The translations under genes and the position numbers were made by a program. Shown in pieces: positions 1 through 11,987 of a DNA stretch of 64,000 nucleotides (the stretch's first letter is position 1; every line of letters starts with the position of its first letter). The stretch is from the NCBI GenBank assembly GCA_018335925.1, contig JAGXRF010000060.1, positions 16,712-80,711 on the forward strand, written 5' to 3'. The notes under the pieces are model-generated. The model was not told where the DNA came from. It ran no database searches and worked only from the letters and a program-made list of their open reading frames with translations. This stretch comes from Flavobacteriales bacterium (lineage in GTDB: Bacteria; Bacteroidota; Bacteroidia; Flavobacteriales; Flavobacteriaceae).

Positions 1-67
1 TTTCGAACTCTTTTTGGTATAGGAGAGACTCAAATTTTTATTAAATCAAAATTGAATTAATCCAGTA

Positions 68-1387
68 ATGAAAATAGCAGTAATCGGTACAGGGTATGTA
101 GGCCTAGTTTCAGGTGCATGTTTTGCCGACGTGGGGATCGAAGTGACCTGCGTGGATATTGATCAGAAAAAGATCGAAAAATTGAAAAATGGCATCATGC
201 CGATTTACGAACCGGGATTGGAAGAGATTGTGGTTCGGAACTATAAGAGTGGTCGGCTCCATTTCAGTACGGATCTGGGGGAGGCCATTCAGGGTACTGA
301 AGTAGCTTTCATTGCAGTAGGAACACCTCCGGGTGAGGATGGCTCAGCGGATTTGAAGTATGTTTTGGCGGTAGCCGATGAGATCGGTCGCAAAATGACC
401 GACTATATTGTAGTGGCTACCAAAAGTACCGTTCCGGTGACTACCGGAGAAAAAGTTCGAGCAGCAATTAAAGGTGCCTTGGATCAAAGAGGTTCTGACT
501 TGCCTTTTGCAGTAGCTTCCAATCCTGAATTCCTGAAAGAAGGTGCTGCACTGGAAGATTTCCTACGACCTGACCGCATCGTGATTGGAGTGGATGATGA
601 GCGTGCCGAGAAAATCATGCAGCGGCTCTACAAGCCGTTCCAACTGAGTGGAGAGCGAATTATCTACATGGATATTCCTTCCGCGGAAATGACGAAATAT
701 GCAGCGAATGCCATGCTTGCTACCAAGATTTCCTTCATGAATGACATCGCCAACCTCTGCGAAAGAGTCGGTGCTGACGCCAATATGGTCAGAAAAGGCA
801 TCGGATCGGATCCAAGAATCGGGAATAAATTTATCTATCCCGGTGTAGGCTATGGAGGATCTTGTTTTCCAAAAGACGTCAAGGCAATCATCAAAACAGC
901 CAAAGAATATGGCTATGACCTCCGCGTACTCCAGTCAGTAGAAGATGTAAACGATGCACAAAAGCACGTGTTGGCCAGCAAGGTAAAAGCACATTTTGGA
1001 GAAGATTTAAGCGGGATGACTTTTGCAATGTGGGGCCTAAGTTTTAAGCCTAATACAGACGACATGAGAGAATCTCCAGCAGCTGTGATTATCGATGAAC
1101 TTCGGGCTGCAGGTGCCCAAGTGCGGGCTTATGATCCAAAAGCAATGGATGAAGCAAGAGAGCATTATATCTTTGATAAAGTGACTTATTGCAAAGATTC
1201 TTATGATGCTTGCGTGGATGCAGATGCTTTGCTGCTTGTAACAGAATGGTCAGAATTCAGAATCCCGAGCTGGGACGCTGTTGGAAAACTACTTAAAAAC
1301 AAGGTCGTATTTGACGGTAGAAATATCTACGATAAAAAATACCTGGAAAGTTTGGGATATACCCATTACGGCATTGGTTCGAAATAA
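68..1387 (+). CDS. ugd: UDP-glucose 6-dehydrogenase
   Basis: GTGYVG Rossmann motif, NPEFLKEG, catalytic GGSCFPKD, FKPNTDD. Confidence 0.95.
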   Translation: MKIAVIGTGYVGLVSGACFADVGIEVTCVDIDQKKIEKLKNGIMPIYEPGLEEIVVRNYKSGRLHFSTDLGEAIQGTEVAFIAVGTPPGEDGSADLKYVLAVADEIGRKMTDYIVVATKSTVPVTTGEKVRAAIKGALDQRGSDLPFAVASNPEFLKEGAALEDFLRPDRIVIGVDDERAEKIMQRLYKPFQLSGERIIYMDIPSAEMTKYAANAMLATKISFMNDIANLCERVGADANMVRKGIGSDPRIGNKFIYPGVGYGGSCFPKDVKAIIKTAKEYGYDLRVLQSVEDVNDAQKHVLASKVKAHFGEDLSGMTFAMWGLSFKPNTDDMRESPAAVIIDELRAAGAQVRAYDPKAMDEAREHYIFDKVTYCKDSYDACVDADALLLVTEWSEFRIPSWDAVGKLLKNKVVFDGRNIYDKKYLESLGYTHYGIGSK

Positions 1388-1391
1388 GGAT

Positions 1392-1444
1392 GTTCAGGGT
1401 TCATGGTTCGATTTTTTGTCAACTCCGAACCTCGAACTCCGAAC
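1392..1444. repeat. Inverted pair of short heptamer arrays (GTTCnnn x3 ... AACnncG x3)
   Basis: GTTCAGG GTTCATG GTTCGAT tttttgtc AACTCCG AACCTCG AACTCCG AAC between ugd and the next gene. Confidence 0.7.
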
Positions 1445-1468
1445 AAAAAATAAATCTTTATAATTCTC

Positions 1469-2422
1469 GTGAAACGCATCCTAGTCACCGGCGGAGCCGG
1501 ATTCCTTGGTTCTCACCTTTGTGATCGATTGATTCAGGAAGGAAACGAAGTACTCTGTGTGGACAATCTATTCACTGGAAGGCGATCTAATATCCATCAT
1601 TTGTTGGAACATAAGAACTTTGAATTTCTTCGCCATGACATCACTTGGCCCTTATATGTGGAAGTAGATGAAATCTATAATCTCGCTTGTCCAGCTAGTC
1701 CCGTTCATTATCAGTTCGATCCAGTACAAACCACCAAAACTTCCGTATTGGGTGCGATCAATATGCTGGGTTTGGCCAAACGATTAAAGAGCAAAATTCT
1801 ACAGGCAAGTACCTCTGAAGTCTATGGAGATCCTGAGATTCATCCCCAGCCCGAATCTTACAAGGGATCTGTTAGTACCACAGGTATTCGGGCGTGCTAT
1901 GACGAAGGGAAACGCTGCGCAGAAACCTTGTTTTTTGATTATCATCGGCAGCATGGGGTGGAGATCAAGGTGATGCGTATCTTCAATACTTATGGTCCTC
2001 GCATGCATCCACAAGATGGGCGGGTGGTTTCTAATTTCATTGTTCAGGCTCTTAAGGGAGAAGACATCACGATCTACGGAGATGGCATGCAAACACGCAG
2101 CTTCTGTTATGTGGATGACAATATCGAGGGAATGTATCGCTTGATGAATTCAAGAGCAGGATTTACGGGGCCCGTAAATATTGGTAATCCAGGAGAATTC
2201 ACCATGCTTGAGTTAGCAGAATTGATCTTGGAACTTACCGCAAGTAAAAGTAAGCTGGTATTTCTTCCACTGCCTCAAGATGATCCTATGCAGCGCAAGC
2301 CGGTCATTGAGTTGGCAAGAAAAGAATTGCGTTGGGAACCAAAAGTTGAATTGAGGGAAGGGTTGGGTAAGACTATTCGGTACTTCGAATTTCTCCTAGG
2401 TGAAGAAAAAGTTGAATTTTAA
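1469..2422 (+). CDS. UDP-glucuronate decarboxylase (UDP-xylose synthase)
   Basis: [44 protein letters not shown]; follows ugd. Confidence 0.92.
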   Translation: MKRILVTGGAGFLGSHLCDRLIQEGNEVLCVDNLFTGRRSNIHHLLEHKNFEFLRHDITWPLYVEVDEIYNLACPASPVHYQFDPVQTTKTSVLGAINMLGLAKRLKSKILQASTSEVYGDPEIHPQPESYKGSVSTTGIRACYDEGKRCAETLFFDYHRQHGVEIKVMRIFNTYGPRMHPQDGRVVSNFIVQALKGEDITIYGDGMQTRSFCYVDDNIEGMYRLMNSRAGFTGPVNIGNPGEFTMLELAELILELTASKSKLVFLPLPQDDPMQRKPVIELARKELRWEPKVELREGLGKTIRYFEFLLGEEKVEF

Positions 2423-2432
2423 AAACTAAACT

Positions 2433-3401
2433 TTGTTTCAGATAAAACTTAAAGACTTCAAAAGTTTTTCGTGCGATAGCAATCAGACAATCATTGAAGC
2501 AGCTTTAAAAAGTGGTATATTTTTAGACCATAGCTGTCTTACCGGCAGATGTTCTTCCTGTAAGTTCAAGGTAATTTCAGGTGAATCCTTTACAGAATTT
2601 GAGGAGTCCCCATTAAGTAGCTTTGAAAAGTCAGAAGGCTTTATTTTGACATGTATCCGAAAGCCACTTTCTGACCTTGAACTTGACGCGGAAGATCTGG
2701 GTGAATACGGGTTTTCCCAATCAGTCACGATTCCTGCTAAAATCAATGCAATTCAACAGCTTACACCTGAAATTATCCAAGTAAATCTTCGGGTGCCGCC
2801 CAATCAAAAAGTTAATTTCCTGGAAGGTCAATACCTCAATGTTATCTGGAATGGAATCAAGCGTAGTTATTCTATCGCAAATCCATCTTCCTCTTTTGAG
2901 ATAGAATTGATCATCAAAAATTATCAAGGTGGTGCAATGAGTACTTATTGGTTTGGACAGGCAAAGACCAATGACCTGATGAGATTGGAAATTCCAAAAG
3001 GAACGTTTTTTCTTCGAAACCATCCCGGAAAGGAAAACTTGGTTTTTTTAGCCACAGGGACAGGAATTGCACCAATTAAATCCATCTTGGAAAGTACCAC
3101 TAATCAGGTCAAACTAGGGCAATTCAAGCGAATTTTCGTATTGTGGGGAATGAAGTTTGAAAAAGAAATTTTTTGGGAACCTTCATCTTCTGAAGTTGAA
3201 TTTATTCCGGTTCTGTCAAGAGAAAGTCAATCTAAGCGCTACGTCCAAAATGTAATCTCAAACTTAGAATTGGATATGACAAATACTGTAATCTACGCCT
3301 GTGGATCTGAGGATATGATTCAAGATGCTAGAAATAAAAGTATTCAACTAGGTCTTAATTCAAACCACTTTTATTCAGATGCTTTTGTAGCATCAAATTA
3401 A
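2433..3401 (+). CDS. rfbI: CDP-6-deoxy-delta-3,4-glucoseen reductase (E3; 2Fe-2S + FAD/NAD domains)
   Basis: [10 protein letters not shown]...LTC ferredoxin cysteines, [19 protein letters not shown]; precedes rfbFGH. Confidence 0.85.
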   Translation: MFQIKLKDFKSFSCDSNQTIIEAALKSGIFLDHSCLTGRCSSCKFKVISGESFTEFEESPLSSFEKSEGFILTCIRKPLSDLELDAEDLGEYGFSQSVTIPAKINAIQQLTPEIIQVNLRVPPNQKVNFLEGQYLNVIWNGIKRSYSIANPSSSFEIELIIKNYQGGAMSTYWFGQAKTNDLMRLEIPKGTFFLRNHPGKENLVFLATGTGIAPIKSILESTTNQVKLGQFKRIFVLWGMKFEKEIFWEPSSSEVEFIPVLSRESQSKRYVQNVISNLELDMTNTVIYACGSEDMIQDARNKSIQLGLNSNHFYSDAFVASN

Positions 3402-3408
3402 TATAATT

Positions 3409-4182
3409 ATGAAGGCAGTAATTTTAGCCGGAGGTCTCGGAACAAGACTAAGTGAAGAGACTTCCGTGAAACCCAAACCTATGGTTGAAATAGGAGGTAA
3501 GCCAATTCTGTGGCATATAATGAAGCTTTATTCAATTCACGGGGTAAATGATTTTATTATTTGCTGTGGATACAAGGGGTATGTCATTAAAGAATATTTT
3601 GCTAACTATTTTTTGCATCAATCTGACGTAACATTTGATATGTACTCAAATTCCATGGAAGTACATCAAAAACGTGTGGAGCCGTGGAAAATTACATTAG
3701 TAGATACTGGTGACGATACCATGACAGGCGGTCGATTGAAGCGTGTTTACGATTATATAAAAGGCGAAGATGCCTTTTGCTTTACTTATGGTGATGGTGT
3801 GGGGGATATAGATATCAAAAAGTCTATTGATTTCCATTTTGCACATGGCAAACAAGCCACCATGACATCCACTTATCCTCCGGGTAGATTTGGGGCGATA
3901 GACATTCATGGGGATCAAATCAAGAGCTTCAAAGAAAAACCGAAAGGGGATGGAGCCATGATCAACGGAGGCTTCTTTGTTCTTTCTCCAAAAGTGGTAT
4001 CCCGAATCACAGATGATGCATCGGTTTGGGAGCAGGAACCGCTGATGTCCCTTGCAGAAGACGGGGAATTGATGGCATTTCGCCATGAAGGCTTTTGGCA
4101 GCCAATGGATACATTACGCGATAAAGTTAAGCTTCAAGAGCTTTGGGAATCCAATCAAGCCCCTTGGAAGGTATGGGAATAA
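3409..4182 (+). CDS. rfbF: Glucose-1-phosphate cytidylyltransferase
   Basis: [49 protein letters not shown]. Confidence 0.95.
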   Translation: MKAVILAGGLGTRLSEETSVKPKPMVEIGGKPILWHIMKLYSIHGVNDFIICCGYKGYVIKEYFANYFLHQSDVTFDMYSNSMEVHQKRVEPWKITLVDTGDDTMTGGRLKRVYDYIKGEDAFCFTYGDGVGDIDIKKSIDFHFAHGKQATMTSTYPPGRFGAIDIHGDQIKSFKEKPKGDGAMINGGFFVLSPKVVSRITDDASVWEQEPLMSLAEDGELMAFRHEGFWQPMDTLRDKVKLQELWESNQAPWKVWE

Positions 4183-5240
4183 GAAAAGTTAATGTGGATT
4201 TCTGGAAAGGAAAACGAGTATTCCTAACAGGCCATACCGGCTTTAAAGGAAGTTGGCTCAGTCTTTGGCTCACCTCCATGGGAGCTTCTGTACGAGGGTA
4301 CGCCTTGGAGCCTAATACCAATCCTGCTATGTTTTATGTGGCTAGAGTAGCCTCCATAGTGGAAAGTGAACTAGGTGATATTCGAAATTTGGAGGCCCTT
4401 TCAAAATCTATGAAAGAGTTCAATCCCGATATTTTGATTCACATGGCAGCCCAACCCTTGGTTCGGCTATCGTATGCGCAACCGGTAGAAACGTATTCCA
4501 CCAATGTGATGGGTACCGTCCACTTATTGGAAGCTGCCAGAAAATGCCCGAATCTGAAAGCGATCGTTTCGGTCACTACGGATAAGGTCTATGAAAATCA
4601 AGAATGGGTATGGGGCTATCGTGAAAATGAACCCATGGGTGGCTATGATCCCTACAGTTCCAGCAAGGGCTGTGCAGAGTTGGTTACTGCCGCTTATCGT
4701 AGGTCTTTTTTTTCAGCTTCAGATGCACCTGCACTTGCCTCTGCCCGTGCCGGAAATGTCATCGGGGGAGGAGATTGGTCGGCTGATCGCTTGATTCCTG
4801 ATGCGATCAAGGCTTTTGAAAAAGGTGAATCGGTAGTAATCAGAAATCCTCTTGCCACACGTCCTTGGCAGCATGTCTTGGAGCCCCTGAGTGGATACCT
4901 GATTTTGGCCGAGTGCCTCTATCAGGACGGAAAGCACTATGCAGAGGCTTGGAATTTTGGTCCCGAAGATAAGGATTGCAGGTCTGTGGAATGGATTCTG
5001 AATCAAATGGTATCCGTATGGGGAGGGGAAACCTCTTGGAAACTGGATGAGAATACACAGCCCCACGAAGCTCGGTTTTTAAAGTTGGATTGCTCCAAAG
5101 CAAAGGCGGGTCTGAAATGGTTTCCAAAATGGGAAATCGAAGAAGTAATACATAAAATTTTTTCCTGGCAAGTCCATTTCAATGGAGGGTACGATATGCA
5201 GGAATACAGCTTAAAAGAAATTGAAACCTATTCAAATTAA
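4173..5240 (+). CDS. rfbG: CDP-glucose 4,6-dehydratase
   Basis: [45 protein letters not shown]; ATG 4173 preferred over TTG 4143. Confidence 0.95.
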   Translation: MGIRKVNVDFWKGKRVFLTGHTGFKGSWLSLWLTSMGASVRGYALEPNTNPAMFYVARVASIVESELGDIRNLEALSKSMKEFNPDILIHMAAQPLVRLSYAQPVETYSTNVMGTVHLLEAARKCPNLKAIVSVTTDKVYENQEWVWGYRENEPMGGYDPYSSSKGCAELVTAAYRRSFFSASDAPALASARAGNVIGGGDWSADRLIPDAIKAFEKGESVVIRNPLATRPWQHVLEPLSGYLILAECLYQDGKHYAEAWNFGPEDKDCRSVEWILNQMVSVWGGETSWKLDENTQPHEARFLKLDCSKAKAGLKWFPKWEIEEVIHKIFSWQVHFNGGYDMQEYSLKEIETYSN

Positions 5241-5243
5241 GAA

Positions 5244-6560
5244 ATGGAAGTAGCGTTGGATATCAAATCAAAGATTCTTGACTTGGTCGAGAAATACGCA
5301 CAGGAGAAATATGCGCCCAAAGAGTTTGTACCGGGTCAAACGGTGATTCCTCCCTCGGGCAAAGTCATTGGAAAGGAAGAGTTAATGAATATGGTAGAGG
5401 CCTCCTTGGATGGTTGGTTAACTACAGGTAGATTCAATGCAGCCTTTGAAAAGAAATTGGCTGAATTTTTAGGAGTTAAGTTTGCGCTTTCGGTCAACAG
5501 TGGTTCATCAGCCAATTTAGTAGCTTTTAACACATTGACTTCTCCCAAACTCGGAGATCGCGCTATCCAAAAAGGGGACGAAGTGATTACCGTGGCTGCA
5601 GGATTTCCCACTACGGTAAATCCCGCTGTTCAGTTTGGAGCGGTTCCCGTCTTTGTGGATGTGGATTTGACCACGCATAATATCAACGCCGACTTGATTG
5701 AAGCAGCGATTTCTCCAAAAACCAAAGCCATCATGCTTGCCCATACCTTGGGCAATCCTTTTAACCTAGACAAGGTCACGGAGATTTGCAAAAAGTATAA
5801 CCTGTGGCTGGTAGAGGATACCTGTGATGCTTTGGGAGCCACCTATAAGGGGCAAAAGGTAGGGACCTTTGGAGATATTGGGACCTTGAGTTTCTATCCT
5901 GCCCACCACATTACGATGGGAGAAGGAGGTGCTGTTTTTACCAATAATCCACAACTCAAAGTCATTGCCGAATCATTCCGAGATTGGGGTAGGGATTGCT
6001 ATTGTGCCCCGGGGATGGACAATACCTGTGGCTGCCGATTTGCACAGCAGCATGGAGACTTGCCTTTTGGCTATGACCATAAGTATGTCTATTCCCATGC
6101 AGGCTATAACCTTAAGATTACTGACATGCAGGCAGCTTGTGGCTTGGCCCAATTGGATAAGCTGGAAGGATTTATCCATAAGCGTAGAGAAAACTTTGAC
6201 TACCTTAAAAACCGCCTGCAATCCCTTTCTGAGTTTATCCATCTACCCGAAGCAACACCTAATTCAGTGCCTTCCTGGTTTGGATTTCCAATTACCTTAA
6301 AGGATGGCAGTGGTACAGAGCGAGTGCAATTAACCCAATATTTGGATCAGCATAAGATTGGTACCCGTTTGTTATTTGCTGGCAATCTTATACGTCAGCC
6401 GTATTTCAAAGGAATCAACTACCGAGTCGTAGGTGCTTTGGAAAACACTGATAAGACCATGCGAGACACTTTCTGGATTGGCTTGTACCCTGGATTGGGT
6501 GAAGCGCATTTCGAGTTTGTAGCGGAAAAATTGGAGGAGTTTTTTGGATTGAATTTTTGA
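5244..6560 (+). CDS. rfbH: CDP-4-keto-6-deoxyglucose 3-dehydratase (E1)
   Basis: [14 protein letters not shown] (His in place of the PLP Lys), GRDCYC..G.DNTC Fe-S cysteines, GYDHKY. Confidence 0.95.
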   Translation: MEVALDIKSKILDLVEKYAQEKYAPKEFVPGQTVIPPSGKVIGKEELMNMVEASLDGWLTTGRFNAAFEKKLAEFLGVKFALSVNSGSSANLVAFNTLTSPKLGDRAIQKGDEVITVAAGFPTTVNPAVQFGAVPVFVDVDLTTHNINADLIEAAISPKTKAIMLAHTLGNPFNLDKVTEICKKYNLWLVEDTCDALGATYKGQKVGTFGDIGTLSFYPAHHITMGEGGAVFTNNPQLKVIAESFRDWGRDCYCAPGMDNTCGCRFAQQHGDLPFGYDHKYVYSHAGYNLKITDMQAACGLAQLDKLEGFIHKRRENFDYLKNRLQSLSEFIHLPEATPNSVPSWFGFPITLKDGSGTERVQLTQYLDQHKIGTRLLFAGNLIRQPYFKGINYRVVGALENTDKTMRDTFWIGLYPGLGEAHFEFVAEKLEEFFGLNF

Positions 6561-7432
6561 TGTCACAAAAGACCATCCTTTTAACCGGAGCTACTGGCTA
6601 TTTGGGAAGTGAATTGCTGCGATTTTGGATAGGACTAGGGCATAATTTAATTATCCTAAAAAGATCAACTTCCTCTTTGAAAAGAATATATGACCTAGGA
6701 GGTAAATTCAAATCCTACAATGTTGATGAGCCAGGTTGGGAACTAGTTTTCAATGATTATTCCATTGATGTGGTGGTTCATGTTGCGGCTTCATATGGTA
6801 GAAAAGGTGAATCTCTTTCTGAAATCTTAGAAGCCAATGTTTTATTTCCAATTCGATTATTGGATTTGGCTATTCAAGCAGGGGTGAAATACTTTATAAA
6901 TACATCATCTTCTCTACCTAGAGAAGTTAATGATTACGCATTATCCAAAGCCCAATTCCAAGAGTGGATCGCACAAAAGAAAAATCAAATCCATGCTGTG
7001 AATTTGGTTCTAGAATATTTCTATGGCTCTGGAGATGAGGAGTGGAAATTTATTTCCATGGTGGTAAAGAAACTAAAGGAAAATGTTCCGTCTATAGATT
7101 TTACCAATGGGCTTCAAAAGCGTGATTTCATTTATATCTCGGATGTGGTTTCTGCTTATGACATCATTTTAAACAAAATAGATGATTTAAAATCTGCTTT
7201 GGATATACCTGTTGGAAGTGGTGAATCTCATTCCTTGAGATCCGTTGTGGAAAAGTGTAAAAAAATATCTGATAATAATGTTACCATATTAAACTTTGGA
7301 GCTATTCCCGATCGAAAAGGGGATGCCCATGAGTTGGTAGCTGATTTGTCAGTTATGACAAGCTTAAATTGGAATATCGAATATTCATTAGAATTGGGAT
7401 TAGGTAAGGTATTTGGAAAAAATAATTTTTGA
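6557..7432 (+). CDS. CDP-3,6-dideoxyhexose 4-reductase (paratose/abequose synthase-like SDR)
   Basis: [28 protein letters not shown]; located between rfbH and rfbE. Confidence 0.75.
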   Translation: MMSQKTILLTGATGYLGSELLRFWIGLGHNLIILKRSTSSLKRIYDLGGKFKSYNVDEPGWELVFNDYSIDVVVHVAASYGRKGESLSEILEANVLFPIRLLDLAIQAGVKYFINTSSSLPREVNDYALSKAQFQEWIAQKKNQIHAVNLVLEYFYGSGDEEWKFISMVVKKLKENVPSIDFTNGLQKRDFIYISDVVSAYDIILNKIDDLKSALDIPVGSGESHSLRSVVEKCKKISDNNVTILNFGAIPDRKGDAHELVADLSVMTSLNWNIEYSLELGLGKVFGKNNF

Positions 7433-7438
7433 TAAAAA

Positions 7439-8476
7439 ATGAGATATCTAATTACAGGTGGTTGTGGATTTTTAGGATCAAATCTTGCAGCAGAGGTGAT
7501 GAGAAGAGGGGAAGAACTGTTTGTATTTGATAACCTTTTCAGGCACGGTGCAGCTGATAATCTGAATTGGCTTAGGGAACAGGGCTATTTCAAATTTTAC
7601 CATTCTGATATCCGCTCGGCAAACGATGTGGAATGTGTCATAAAGGAAGTGCGACCCGATTTTATTTTTCACTTAGCTGGCCAGGTGGCAATGACCACCT
7701 CTATAGCAAACCCCCGTCTTGATTTTGAGATTAATGCACTTGGTAGTTTCAATGTTCTTGATGCTGTACGTAAATATTCTCCAAATACAGCAGTAATTTA
7801 TTCTTCTACGAATAAGGTCTATGGAGATTTAGAATGGACTCGTTACGAAGAAACAGAAACCCGCTTTGTGACGCCTGAATTTCCGCACGGCTTCCCTGAA
7901 ACAATACAGTTAGACTTCCATTCTCCTTATGGCACTTCCAAGGGAGCTGCTGATCAATATATGCTTGATGCTTTTAGGATTTTTGGTACAAAAACAGTCG
8001 TTTTTCGCCATTCTTCAATGTATGGAGGAAGGCAGTTTGCTACCTACGACCAGGGTTGGATTGGCTGGTTTTGCCAAAAAGCATTAGAAACCAAAAAAGG
8101 GGTATTGAAAGATCCCTTTACTGTCTCTGGAACAGGAAAACAGGTAAGAGATGTTCTTCATGCCCAAGATATGATTAGCTTGTATTTTACAGCAGCTAAA
8201 AGTATTCAGAAAATAGCTGGACAGGTTTTCAATATAGGTGGCGGAATTTTAAATAGTTTATCATTATTAGAGTTATTCAAAATCCTAGAGGATGAACTTA
8301 ATGTTAAATTATTATATGCTAGAATACCATCGAGGGAAAGCGATCAAAGGGTGTTTGTTGCTAATATAAATAAGGTAAATAGTTTAATTGGTTGGGTGCC
8401 AAAGATAAATACACAGAATGGTATTAGAGATATGTTAGAATGGATAAAATTAAGTCATATTAACAATAATATTTAA
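7439..8476 (+). CDS. rfbE: CDP-paratose 2-epimerase (tyvelose synthesis)
   Basis: [76 protein letters not shown] match recalled RfbE/Tyv sequence. Confidence 0.9.
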   Translation: MRYLITGGCGFLGSNLAAEVMRRGEELFVFDNLFRHGAADNLNWLREQGYFKFYHSDIRSANDVECVIKEVRPDFIFHLAGQVAMTTSIANPRLDFEINALGSFNVLDAVRKYSPNTAVIYSSTNKVYGDLEWTRYEETETRFVTPEFPHGFPETIQLDFHSPYGTSKGAADQYMLDAFRIFGTKTVVFRHSSMYGGRQFATYDQGWIGWFCQKALETKKGVLKDPFTVSGTGKQVRDVLHAQDMISLYFTAAKSIQKIAGQVFNIGGGILNSLSLLELFKILEDELNVKLLYARIPSRESDQRVFVANINKVNSLIGWVPKINTQNGIRDMLEWIKLSHINNNI

Positions 8477-8487
8477 ATCAAATATAA

Positions 8488-9432
8488 ATGTTTAGCGAAA
8501 GGTTAACAGTCACTTTTCCGGTTTACGAAAGGAAAGATTTTTTTAAAGATGCATTGTTGTCAGTCATTAATCAAACTGTCAAGTGTCATATAATTGTTGT
8601 TGATAATTGTTCGTCTCATAACTACTTTCGTGAAGTTTGCAATGAGTATAACATAAGATATTATCGTAATAGTGAAAATATTGGGTTATTCCCCAACTGG
8701 AACAAGTGTATGTCTCTTGTTGAAACGGAATATGGTATGATATTTCAAGATGACAATATCATGCTGCCTAATTTTGTTGAGGAGTTTGAAAAATCTTTAA
8801 GTAGATATCCTGCTGTTGATTTGTATTTTACAGATTTTAGTGGGTTGAATCTTAAAACAAAAGAGATAAAAAATCATAGACATGTTTTTCCGTATGGTTA
8901 TATGGAAAATGGAAATAAAGTACTTGAATATGGTATAAAAGAAAAATTGGGATTTCCCTATGCATTTATAATAAGAAGAAAACATTTTTCTTCTTATTAT
9001 TTTGATTGTCACGGAAGTAATGATTGGTTGTGGGTTTATAGTAATATAAAAAACTTTAGTGTATTTGGAAATGAAAAAAAATTATTTCTATATGGAGCCC
9101 ATCCGAATCAAGATTCAAAAAATATAGATACACATGTAAAGTGTATGATATCAATATCTTATATTTATAAAGAAGTCTTAAAAAAAGAGGCTAAAAGTAA
9201 TTATTATAAAGATTTAGCAGATCTGAGATTTAAAAATGTATTCTTTTATTTTTTGGGAATTGCTCCTATTGAATTTTTAAATTCTTTACTGTTAGAAAAT
9301 CATATTTATGCAGTGTTTTATAGAAAAGAGCTATCTAAGAGTCTATTTTTTAAAATATATAGCTATATGCCCTTTATATTCAGAAATGTATTTTATAGAT
9401 CAGTACGTAAAATATTTAACTTATCAATTTAA
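8488..9432 (+). CDS. Glycosyltransferase family 2
   Basis: PVYER..F, VVDNCS, NIGLFPNWN, QDD. Confidence 0.85.
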   Translation: MFSERLTVTFPVYERKDFFKDALLSVINQTVKCHIIVVDNCSSHNYFREVCNEYNIRYYRNSENIGLFPNWNKCMSLVETEYGMIFQDDNIMLPNFVEEFEKSLSRYPAVDLYFTDFSGLNLKTKEIKNHRHVFPYGYMENGNKVLEYGIKEKLGFPYAFIIRRKHFSSYYFDCHGSNDWLWVYSNIKNFSVFGNEKKLFLYGAHPNQDSKNIDTHVKCMISISYIYKEVLKKEAKSNYYKDLADLRFKNVFFYFLGIAPIEFLNSLLLENHIYAVFYRKELSKSLFFKIYSYMPFIFRNVFYRSVRKIFNLSI

Positions 9433-9435
9433 GTA

Positions 9436-10785
9436 TTGAACACAATATTAAGTAACTTAACACTTTTATACAAAAGCCCTCTAAAAAAACAATTAGCCTT
9501 ATCCTATTTGTTGAAAGGAGCTGGTATAGGAATATCTTTAATGTATGTCCCATTGATGTTAACCTACCTATCTCCTGCGCAGTTTGGTCTCTGGGTGGCT
9601 ATCACTTCGGTTATAAATTGGTTGAGACTGTTTGATGTGGGAATAGGGAACGGCCTACGGTTCCACTTGGCCTCATCCTTAGCAGTAAGTAATATGGACA
9701 AAGCAAAGGAGTTGGTGAGTACGACTTATGCTATTATCGGAAGTATTTTCGTAGCAGTATGGCTCTTATTTTTGGTTGTTAATCCTCTCATCAATTGGCA
9801 ATCCTTGTTGAATAGCGATTTGATCAGCAGTTCTGAGTACATGAAGATTATGATGATTGCCATTACGGCCATTGTGTTTACGTTTATTCTCGATTTGGTA
9901 AAGATTCTTTATGCGGCTCATGGGGATACGGCTACAGGGAATTTTCTTCAACTTCTCAGTAGCACATTATCCCTTATTGGTATTTATTTATTATCTGTTT
10001 TTACGCTAAAAGGTCAGCTGGATTTAGCCGTAGCTGTAGTTGCTTTAAGTCCTTTAGTGGTTTACATCATAGCTACTTTATACACATTTAAAAAAAAATA
10101 TGCAGCAATCAGACCTTCATTAAATTTCGTGAAATTTAAAAACTCAAAAGACCTTTTTAATTTAAGTGCAAAGTTTTTTGTTGTGCAAATTACAGCTACG
10201 ATAATTTTTGCCAGTCTTCCCTTTATAATTACAAGATTTTATGGTCCGGAATCAGTAGCTCAATACCATGTGGCGAACAGTATTTTTAATCTACCCATAA
10301 TGGTTATAGGGTTATTTACTGCTCCTCTAACTCCTTTTGTGACTAGGGAGTATGCTAAAGAAAATTTATCATGGGTCAGGGGTAGTCTAAAAAAAGCTCT
10401 GTTGTTATCAGCTATAGTATCTCTGGGCACTGTTTTACTTGTTATTTTATCTCCTTACATATATAAGCTTTGGCTTGGAGACAAGATTGATATACCTTTT
10501 AAATTATCTGTATTTATTGGGATATATACCATCATTAATATCATGGTTAATCCATTATCAAGTTTTATGAATGCCATTGGGAAAATAGACATTTTGTTAT
10601 GGTTAGCTCCTGTAGGTGTAGGCATGTTTATTGGGGGATGCTTCTTGTTTGATATGTGGATAGGTAACGTAATTGCAGTGGTCTTGGCATTAAGCCTGAC
10701 GAGTATAGTGGGACTTATAGTGGAACCTTTTGTCTTGAAGAAACACCTCAAAATTAACTTTGGGTTTAAGATGTCTAATAAGTGA
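9436..10785 (+). CDS. wzx: Polysaccharide repeat-unit flippase
   Basis: About 12 hydrophobic segments, FGLWVAITS...FDVGIGNGLR pattern, context. Confidence 0.8.
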   Translation: MNTILSNLTLLYKSPLKKQLALSYLLKGAGIGISLMYVPLMLTYLSPAQFGLWVAITSVINWLRLFDVGIGNGLRFHLASSLAVSNMDKAKELVSTTYAIIGSIFVAVWLLFLVVNPLINWQSLLNSDLISSSEYMKIMMIAITAIVFTFILDLVKILYAAHGDTATGNFLQLLSSTLSLIGIYLLSVFTLKGQLDLAVAVVALSPLVVYIIATLYTFKKKYAAIRPSLNFVKFKNSKDLFNLSAKFFVVQITATIIFASLPFIITRFYGPESVAQYHVANSIFNLPIMVIGLFTAPLTPFVTREYAKENLSWVRGSLKKALLLSAIVSLGTVLLVILSPYIYKLWLGDKIDIPFKLSVFIGIYTIINIMVNPLSSFMNAIGKIDILLWLAPVGVGMFIGGCFLFDMWIGNVIAVVLALSLTSIVGLIVEPFVLKKHLKINFGFKMSNK

Positions 10786-11987
10786 AAAGATTTATTTACT
10801 TATTCTGTTTTATTTCTTTTTTCAATTTTGTGAGTGTTTTGCAACAAATTATATATTTCAATTCCATTATTAAGTATGTTGTTCCTGTTTTATTTTTTGT
10901 TTCAGCATTGACATTGTATTTAAAGAGTAAGCCAAGCTGGTTGATTAATAATACAGATAAGGTAATTTATTATCTGTTTTCAAGTTTCACCTTTTTTTTG
11001 TTAATAGATAGTATTCGCTTTGAAGTTTTTTACTTACAAGAATTTTTTGTTGGTGAGCTTTATCTCTTTCCCTATCTTCTGCCAATTTTTATGCTAAATA
11101 TCACAATAGATTCCTTTAATCTTAAATTATATCTGTCTATTATTAAAAAACTACTTTTGCCTGGTATTTTCATTTTGTTTGTAATTATATTCAATTTAAA
11201 TTTTGAAAATTGGTATTTTCATGTCCACTTGTATGAACTATTGCTTTTTGGCTTTCCTATTTTATTTTTATTATTGAATTTTTTTTCAAATAAAAGAATA
11301 AAAATATCTCTATATATTATTTTTATTTTAATTCTTTTTATTGCTTCATATTATGGGCGGAGGTCATTGTTTGGGGATATTGTTTTATTATTTGGATTTC
11401 GTCAACTTATTAAAATATCATCCGAAACCATATCTAAATTTTCTATGGCTTTAAAATTTTCTTTTTTATTTTTAATGATTATTCCTGTCATTTTATTATA
11501 CTCGGAAAACATATTTCAGCTTTCAGTTTTTCAAAGAGGCTTAAACAAAGAAGGATGGGAAGAATCAAGAGGTCAAGTTTTGGAAGAGTTTTTTAGTGAT
11601 TTTGGTTCTGCCAAGGATTGGATTATTGGACGGGGGTTGAATGGTACAGTAAGGCGCACGCTTGGAGGTGCTAATGAGGAAGGTCAAGGTAGAGGAATTG
11701 AAAATGGTTTCTTGATGCTCATTCTAAAAGGGGGAAATCTCTACTTCTTTTTCGTCTTATATTTCTTTTTAAGGGCATTTTATTTAGGTTGGTTTAAATC
11801 TAATAATGATTTTACCAAAGCTTTTTCAGCATTGTTATTGATACATTTGTTAGGAATGATTGGTTTTAATATTCCTATTTTTAATCATAGATATATGTTG
11901 CTTTGGTTGGCTATACCTATTTGCTTTTCTATGTATTATCGTGGTTTATCCAATCAACAAGTTAAGGAATTAATTATACCTAGATGA
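10782..11987 (+). CDS. wzy: Probable repeat-unit polymerase
   Basis: Very hydrophobic AT-rich polytopic protein, RRS loop, IIGRGLNG periplasmic loop, IENGFL; follows wzx. Confidence 0.65.
   Translation: MKRFIYLFCFISFFNFVSVLQQIIYFNSIIKYVVPVLFFVSALTLYLKSKPSWLINNTDKVIYYLFSSFTFFLLIDSIRFEVFYLQEFFVGELYLFPYLLPIFMLNITIDSFNLKLYLSIIKKLLLPGIFILFVIIFNLNFENWYFHVHLYELLLFGFPILFLLLNFFSNKRIKISLYIIFILILFIASYYGRRSLFGDIVLLFGFRQLIKISSETISKFSMALKFSFLFLMIIPVILLYSENIFQLSVFQRGLNKEGWEESRGQVLEEFFSDFGSAKDWIIGRGLNGTVRRTLGGANEEGQGRGIENGFLMLILKGGNLYFFFVLYFFLRAFYLGWFKSNNDFTKAFSALLLIHLLGMIGFNIPIFNHRYMLLWLAIPICFSMYYRGLSNQQVKELIIPR

Noticed and set aside
1281-1463. 60-aa ORF overlapping the ugd end
   Set aside because: Alternative frame running through the heptamer repeats
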